Assembly: GCA_032027125.1 (NCBI GenBank) | Contig: JAVSMQ010000001.1 | Coordinates: forward strand, 12,819 to 76,818 | DNA length: 64,000 nucleotides | Direction of reading: 5' to 3' | DNA from: Candidatus Kapaibacterium sp. | GTDB taxonomy: Bacteria > Bacteroidota > Ignavibacteria > Kapaibacteriales > UBA2268 | In this document: positions 59,227 through 64,000 of the stretch, one piece after another | How the letters are laid out: every line of letters begins with the position of its first letter | How positions within the stretch are numbered: the first letter of the stretch is position 1 | Position numbers and translations under genes: made by a program | Notes under the pieces: model-generated | Database searches by the model: none | The model's input: only the letters and a program-made list of their open reading frames with translations | What the model was told of the DNA's origin: nothing

Positions 59227-60792
59227 ATGAATAACACTGAAAATCCGGATAATAAAGGTAAACTTTATATTGTTTCAACTCCTATCGGTAACAAAGATGA
59301 TATCACTCTCAGGGCAATCAACACTATTAAACGCTGCGATATAATCGTTTGCGAAGAAATGAAAATGGGAGCCTTAACCCTCAAAAATCTAAATCTTGCT
59401 AAAGAGCTGATTCCTCTTAATGAGAATAATGAAAGTGATATGACAATGGAAGTCCTGAATTTACTCAAAGCAGGTAAAAAGATTGCTTTGATTTCTGATG
59501 CAGGAACTCCAGTCTTTGCCGATCCGGGTTTATATCTTGTCCGCACTGCAATTTCAAATAATATTGAAATGGAAGTCGTTCCCGGTGTGTCAAGTATAAT
59601 GACTGCAATCGTCAGAAGCGGTTTTGATATTTATGAATTTCTTTATGCCGGATTTCTTCCACGCAAAAACGAAGACCGTGACAGAAAAATTCAGCGTCTG
59701 GCAAGAGAACGCCGAACAGTTGTAATACTTGAGACTCCATACAGATTGAACACTCTGTTAAATGCCTGCGCTGAAATTTTACCGGATAGACGTGTTTATC
59801 TGGGCATGAATTTAACTATGCCTTTTGAGACACATCATTACGGTACATTTGCAGAATTGGTTAAGAAATTTGAAAATTCAAAAATCAAGTCCGAATTTGT
59901 GCTTATCATGGAAGGTAATAAAGAATGGATTGGTCCGAAAAAAACTGAAATTTCGGATGATTATTATGATGATGACGACGACGATGATGATGATGGACCC
60001 GTTGAATATGAGTATCCTGTAAAAGCCCATATTAAACCTCCTGTTTCAACCAACAGAAAAATTATTTCTGACAAAAGCAGATTTAAAAAAAGTACTGATT
60101 CAAGAACCGGCAGTTATTCAGGTGCTAAAAAGCCGGGTAGCGGATTCAGTAGAGGCAGTTCTTCAGGAAGCAGGGATTACAATTCTTCAAGTCCAAGAAA
60201 AAGCTATGGCGGTGAATCCGGAGGTTCTTCGGAATTCAGGAAATCACCCGACAGAGATTACAAATCTTCAAGTCCAAGAAAAAGCTACGGCGGTGAATCA
60301 GGAGGTTCATCGGAATTCAGGAAATCACCCGACAGAGATTTCAAATCTTCAAGTCCTAGAAAAAGCTATGGCGGTGAATCAGGCGGTTCATCGGAATTCA
60401 GGAAATCACCCGACAGAGATTTCAAATCTTCAAGTCCAAGAAAAAGCTACGGTGGTGAATCAGGCGGTTCGTCGGAATTCAGGAAATCACCGGATAGAGA
60501 TTTCAAATCTTCAAGTCCAAGAAAAAGCTACGGCGGTGAATCAGGCGGCTCTTCAGAATTCAGGAAATCACCCGACAGAGATTACAAATCTTCAAGTCCT
60601 AGAAAAAGCTATGGCGGAGAATCAGGCGGTTCGTCGGAATTTAGGAAATCACCGGACAGAGATTACAAATCTTCAAGTCCTAGAAAAAGCTATGGCGGAG
60701 AATCAGAGGGCGGATTCTCAGGAGTGAAAAGAACCCCGAGAAAAACTATAAGCCGTGGCAGACCAAGCAAAGGCGGATTTTCGAAAAAATAG
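59227..60792 (+). CDS. rsmI: 16S rRNA (cytidine1402-2'-O)-methyltransferase RsmI fused to poly-Asp linker and Ser/Gly/Arg/Lys-rich tandem-repeat tail
   Basis: The N-terminal roughly 235 aa are RsmI-like (LYIVSTPIGNKDDITLRAINTIKRCDIIVCE, SDAGTPVFADPG, PGVSS, ILETPYR). DDYYDDDDDDDDDG follows, then 6.7 copies of a 27-aa repeat, all in one frame. Confidence 0.85.
   Translation: MNNTENPDNKGKLYIVSTPIGNKDDITLRAINTIKRCDIIVCEEMKMGALTLKNLNLAKELIPLNENNESDMTMEVLNLLKAGKKIALISDAGTPVFADPGLYLVRTAISNNIEMEVVPGVSSIMTAIVRSGFDIYEFLYAGFLPRKNEDRDRKIQRLARERRTVVILETPYRLNTLLNACAEILPDRRVYLGMNLTMPFETHHYGTFAELVKKFENSKIKSEFVLIMEGNKEWIGPKKTEISDDYYDDDDDDDDDGPVEYEYPVKAHIKPPVSTNRKIISDKSRFKKSTDSRTGSYSGAKKPGSGFSRGSSSGSRDYNSSSPRKSYGGESGGSSEFRKSPDRDYKSSSPRKSYGGESGGSSEFRKSPDRDFKSSSPRKSYGGESGGSSEFRKSPDRDFKSSSPRKSYGGESGGSSEFRKSPDRDFKSSSPRKSYGGESGGSSEFRKSPDRDYKSSSPRKSYGGESGGSSEFRKSPDRDYKSSSPRKSYGGESEGGFSGVKRTPRKTISRGRPSKGGFSKK
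60175..60715 (+). repeat. 81-bp in-frame tandem repeat, 6.7 copies (D[YF]KSSSPRKSYGGESGGSSEFRKSPDR)
   Basis: Unit starts (gatt[at]caa) lie at 60175, 60256, 60337, 60418, 60499, 60580 and 60661. Differences between copies are mostly synonymous. Confidence 0.95.
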
Positions 60793-60976
60793 TAAATCTG
60801 ATTGAATAAATCACTTTTATATGATATTTCATTAAAAATTTATGTTTAAAATATTAGATATTTTGAAGATTTGTTGAAAAATGTAATTTTTTATAAAAGT
60901 GATTTTTTTATGATACGTCAAATTCAATTTTAGAAATAAATCATTGGAATATTAATTCATATTTTAAAGGCAGGTT

Positions 60977-62608
60977 ATGAATATATCAGAAATAGAAGGT
61001 AATATTGTTGATGTAGTCGGCAAACGAATTTTCCCTGGAATAATTAAAATCCAAAATGGTTTCATTGACTCGATAAAAGAAACCGAAGAAACTTACGAAA
61101 ATTATATCATGCCGGGCTTTGTGGATGCTCATGTGCATATCGAAAGCTCGATGATGGTGCCGTCGGAGTTTGCAAGACTTGCTGTTTTGCATGGTACTGT
61201 TGCAACTGTTTCAGACCCGCATGAGATTGCAAACGTATGCGGAATGGAAGGTATTAGATTTATGATTAATAATGGTGACCGTGTTCCGTTTAAATTTTTC
61301 TTCGGAGCTCCTTCCTGTGTTCCTGCAACAACATTCGAAACAGCCGGTGCAGTAATTACACCCGATAATATACGCGAACTATTAGAAGACCCTGATATAA
61401 AGTACCTCAGTGAGATGATGAATTTCCCCGGAGTTTTATACGAATTTCCGGAAGTAATGGAAAAGATAAATATTGCTCACGAACTTGGTAAAAAAGTTGA
61501 TGGTCATGCACCCGGATTAAAAGGTGAAAATGCCAGAAAATATATTGCTGCCGGAATATCAACCGACCACGAATGTTTCACTCTTGAAGAAGCTTTAGAT
61601 AAATTATCCTACGGGATGAAAATCCTAATCCGCGAAGGAACTGCAGCAAAGAATTTTGAAACTTTAAACTCATTACTGACCACCCACCCTGAAATGTGTA
61701 TGCTATGCAGTGATGACAAGCATCCCGACGATTTGGTGATAAGCCATATCAATAAAACCGTTTCCAGAGCTGTCGAAAAGGGACATGACTTGTTCAATGT
61801 TTTGCGGGCTGCTACTTATAATCCCGTCAAACATTATAAACTTGAAGTTGGTTTGCTGCAAATTAATGACCCTGCTGATTTCATTATTGTCAGTGATTTG
61901 ATTGATTTTCCCGTTATGCAAACTTATATCAATGGTGATTTGGTTGCCAATTTAGGTCAGTCATTGATTAAACCTGTTGAAGTCAATGAGATTAATAATT
62001 TCTCTGTAAATCCTAAAATGCCAAAGGATTTTGAAATTCAGGCAAATGGAATGGAAGTCTTAAATGTAATTGAAGCGCTGGATGGGGAGCTTGTTACCAG
62101 AAGACTGGTTTTCCCTGCAAAAGTTCAGGACGGACTTCTGATTTCAGATGTTGATAATGATATTTTAAAAATTGCTGTTGTAAACCGCTATTCTGATGTG
62201 CAGCCTGCTGTTGCATTTATTCGTAATTTCGGTATAAAAAAAGGAGCAATTGCATCAAGTGTAGGTCATGATTCGCATAATATTATAGCTGTCGGTGTGA
62301 CAGATGAAGATTTATGCAAAGCTGTCAATGCGGTTATTGATAACAAAGGCGGTTTGTCTGCCGTCTCTGATGATTTTATATTCACACTTCCGCTTCCTGT
62401 CGGCGGTTTGATGAGTTATGAAGACGGAAGAATAATTGCCGAAAAATATCACAGAATTGATTTAGTTTCAAAAGAACTCGGCAGCAGACTGCATTCGCCA
62501 TTCATGACATTATCATTTATGGCATTACTTGTAATCCCAAGCATAAAATTAAGCGACAAGGGACTTTTTGACGGCGATAAATTCGCATTTATGGAGATTG
62601 GACATTGA
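60977..62608 (+). CDS. ade: adenine deaminase
   Basis: IMPGFVDAHVHIESSMMVPSEFARLAVLHGTVATVSDPHEIANV, KVDGHAPG, STDHE and the C-terminal HDSHNIIAVG are present. Confidence 0.9.
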   Translation: MNISEIEGNIVDVVGKRIFPGIIKIQNGFIDSIKETEETYENYIMPGFVDAHVHIESSMMVPSEFARLAVLHGTVATVSDPHEIANVCGMEGIRFMINNGDRVPFKFFFGAPSCVPATTFETAGAVITPDNIRELLEDPDIKYLSEMMNFPGVLYEFPEVMEKINIAHELGKKVDGHAPGLKGENARKYIAAGISTDHECFTLEEALDKLSYGMKILIREGTAAKNFETLNSLLTTHPEMCMLCSDDKHPDDLVISHINKTVSRAVEKGHDLFNVLRAATYNPVKHYKLEVGLLQINDPADFIIVSDLIDFPVMQTYINGDLVANLGQSLIKPVEVNEINNFSVNPKMPKDFEIQANGMEVLNVIEALDGELVTRRLVFPAKVQDGLLISDVDNDILKIAVVNRYSDVQPAVAFIRNFGIKKGAIASSVGHDSHNIIAVGVTDEDLCKAVNAVIDNKGGLSAVSDDFIFTLPLPVGGLMSYEDGRIIAEKYHRIDLVSKELGSRLHSPFMTLSFMALLVIPSIKLSDKGLFDGDKFAFMEIGH

Positions 62609-63063
62609 ATACATTGGAAGTGAAAATTATCAGATTAGACGAAAAATTTTCAGACCTGCCGCTGCCTTCATATATGACTGAAGGTTCGGCAGGAATGGAT
62701 GTATATGCAGCAATTGAAAATGATATTATTATTGAACCGATGAAAACAAAACTGTTTCCAACATCACTGGCAATCGAACTACCAATTGGTCATGAATGTC
62801 AGGTTCGCTCAAGAAGCGGACTTGCATTAAAAAGCGGGATTTTCGCACTTAATGCTCCGGGAACAATAGACAGTGATTACCGCGGTGAAATCGGTGTGAT
62901 ACTTTCAAATTTCAGTGATACTCCTTTTTCAGTCAAACGCGGTGACAGAATTGCACAATTGGTTGTAGCAAAATACGAAAGAGTTGTCTGGAGTCAGGTT
63001 AATTCTCTTGAAGAGACGGAAAGGGCTGCCGGAGGATTCGGTTCATCGGGCATAAGAGGATAA
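62605..63063 (+). CDS. dut: dUTP diphosphatase
   Basis: LPSYMTEGSAGMDV, RSGLALK, GTIDSDYRGEI and GFGSSG are present. The TTG start overlaps the ade stop codon. Confidence 0.92.
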   Translation: MNTLEVKIIRLDEKFSDLPLPSYMTEGSAGMDVYAAIENDIIIEPMKTKLFPTSLAIELPIGHECQVRSRSGLALKSGIFALNAPGTIDSDYRGEIGVILSNFSDTPFSVKRGDRIAQLVVAKYERVVWSQVNSLEETERAAGGFGSSGIRG

Positions 63064-63066
63064 CTT

Positions 63067-63993
63067 ATGCAGAATCCCAAAATAATATTTATGGGTACAC
63101 CTGAATTTGCAGTTCCTGTAATGGAGGCAGTCAACGAGAAATTCGGTTTATCTGCTGTAGTAACGGTTCCTGACAAACCACAAGGGCGGGGATTGAAATT
63201 AATACCTTCGCAGGTCAAAGCAAAAGCCGAAGAACTTGGTTTAAAGATTTTTCTGCCGCAGAGTTTAAAAGAAGAAGATTTCATAGAAGCTGTCCGCGAA
63301 ATAGGACCTGATATAATAGTTGTAATTGCATTCAGAATTTTACCAAAAGAGCTTTATACTCTGCCGTCAATTGCATCATTCAATATTCATGGCAGTCTTC
63401 TGCCTAAATATCGCGGTGCCGCTCCAATCAATCACGCAATAATTAACGGAGAATCTGCTACAGGACTTACTTCGTTCATTCTACAGGACAAAGTTGATAC
63501 CGGCAATATTTTACTGACAAAAGAGACCGATATTTTACCCGGCATGACTGCCGGCGAACTTCATGATAAACTAATGCCGATGGCTGCAGAATTATCAATC
63601 GAAACTATTGAATTACTTCTTAAAGGCAGTTATCAAACTATCTCTCAGAATGATTCACTTGCATCACCAGCACCAAAATTATTTAAAGAAAACACGGTAA
63701 TTGACTGGAATATGTCATCGAAGCGTGTTATTAATTTTATTCACGGGCTGTCTCCCCATCCGGCAGCCTGGACAATAATGGACGGAGCAGTCCTCAAAAT
63801 CCTCAAAGCAGTTGATACAGATTCAAATTCACTGAAACCCGGGCAATTCTTATTATCCAAAAAGGAATTTCTTGTCGGCACCTCAACCGGTGATATCAAA
63901 ATCCTGCAATTGCAGCCTTCAAACAAGAAATCAATGCCTGTTAATGACTTCCTGAACGGTTACAGAGGCACCCTACAAGGGATGATGATTTAA
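63067..63993 (+). CDS. fmt: methionyl-tRNA formyltransferase
   Basis: IIFMGTPEFAVPV, PDKPQGRG, NIHGSLLPKYRGAAPINHAIINGE and LQPSNKKSM are present. Confidence 0.93.
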   Translation: MQNPKIIFMGTPEFAVPVMEAVNEKFGLSAVVTVPDKPQGRGLKLIPSQVKAKAEELGLKIFLPQSLKEEDFIEAVREIGPDIIVVIAFRILPKELYTLPSIASFNIHGSLLPKYRGAAPINHAIINGESATGLTSFILQDKVDTGNILLTKETDILPGMTAGELHDKLMPMAAELSIETIELLLKGSYQTISQNDSLASPAPKLFKENTVIDWNMSSKRVINFIHGLSPHPAAWTIMDGAVLKILKAVDTDSNSLKPGQFLLSKKEFLVGTSTGDIKILQLQPSNKKSMPVNDFLNGYRGTLQGMMI

Positions 63994-64000
63994 CGATTCT

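Noticed and set aside
60122-60727. A 201-aa alternative-frame ORF lies inside the rsmI repeat tail.
   Set aside because: It is a same-strand +1 frame of the 81-bp repeat. The RsmI frame is continuous from the catalytic domain and shows synonymous-type variation between copies, which favours that frame.
60793-60976. A purine riboswitch or other leader RNA was considered upstream of ade. Regions upstream of purN and guaD, and a TPP element upstream of yjbQ, were also checked.
   Set aside because: No conserved riboswitch core sequences or convincing helices were visible. The regions are plain AT-rich spacers. This cannot be excluded without a covariance-model scan.
1-64000. tRNA, rRNA, tmRNA or RNase P genes were looked for in intergenic regions.
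   Set aside because: No cloverleaf-like GC-rich segments (GTTCGAATC-type T-arms) or rRNA-like conserved blocks were seen by eye. A tRNAscan/Infernal run would be needed to be certain.

Overview
This is an AT-rich chromosomal window dominated by housekeeping genes. The lineage is probably FCB-group (Bacteroidota/Ignavibacteriota-like). Three things suggest this: a T9SS C-terminal sorting domain, an 11-subunit nuo operon lacking nuoEFG, and TAnnTTTG-type -7 motifs. Recognisable genes are proS, uvrA, guaD, umuC, hutH-like, purN, nuoABCDHIJKLMN, ispH, cmk, tsaD, cinA, rpsA, lplA, rsmI, ade, dut and fmt. There is also a translationally coupled SpoIIM-like/DUF4129/DUF4350/MoxR/DUF58 cluster with a divergent RDD gene, two tandem TPR-TM-PP2C phosphatases and a TPR histidine kinase. 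I saw no rRNA, tRNA, CRISPR-cas, transposase, integrase or reverse transcriptase. The most unusual content is non-coding. A modular intergenic repeat system combines (a) two roughly 430-bp arrays of strictly phased 21-bp tandem units at 25.2-25.6 kb and 49.3-49.8 kb, (b) a 369-bp tandem repeat built from GTA-loop mini-hairpins, (c) 61-nt hairpin modules and (d) a GC-rich nested palindrome. The two 21-bp arrays are inverted copies of one architecture and bracket 23.6 kb that includes the whole nuo operon. Secondary oddities are an RsmI fused to a poly-Asp plus 27-aa tandem-repeat tail, a HAL-family lyase with Ala-Cys-Gly at the MIO position, low-complexity tails on NuoI and S1, and a low-GC two-gene islet flanked by repeats. 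All functional interpretations of the repeats are hypotheses.
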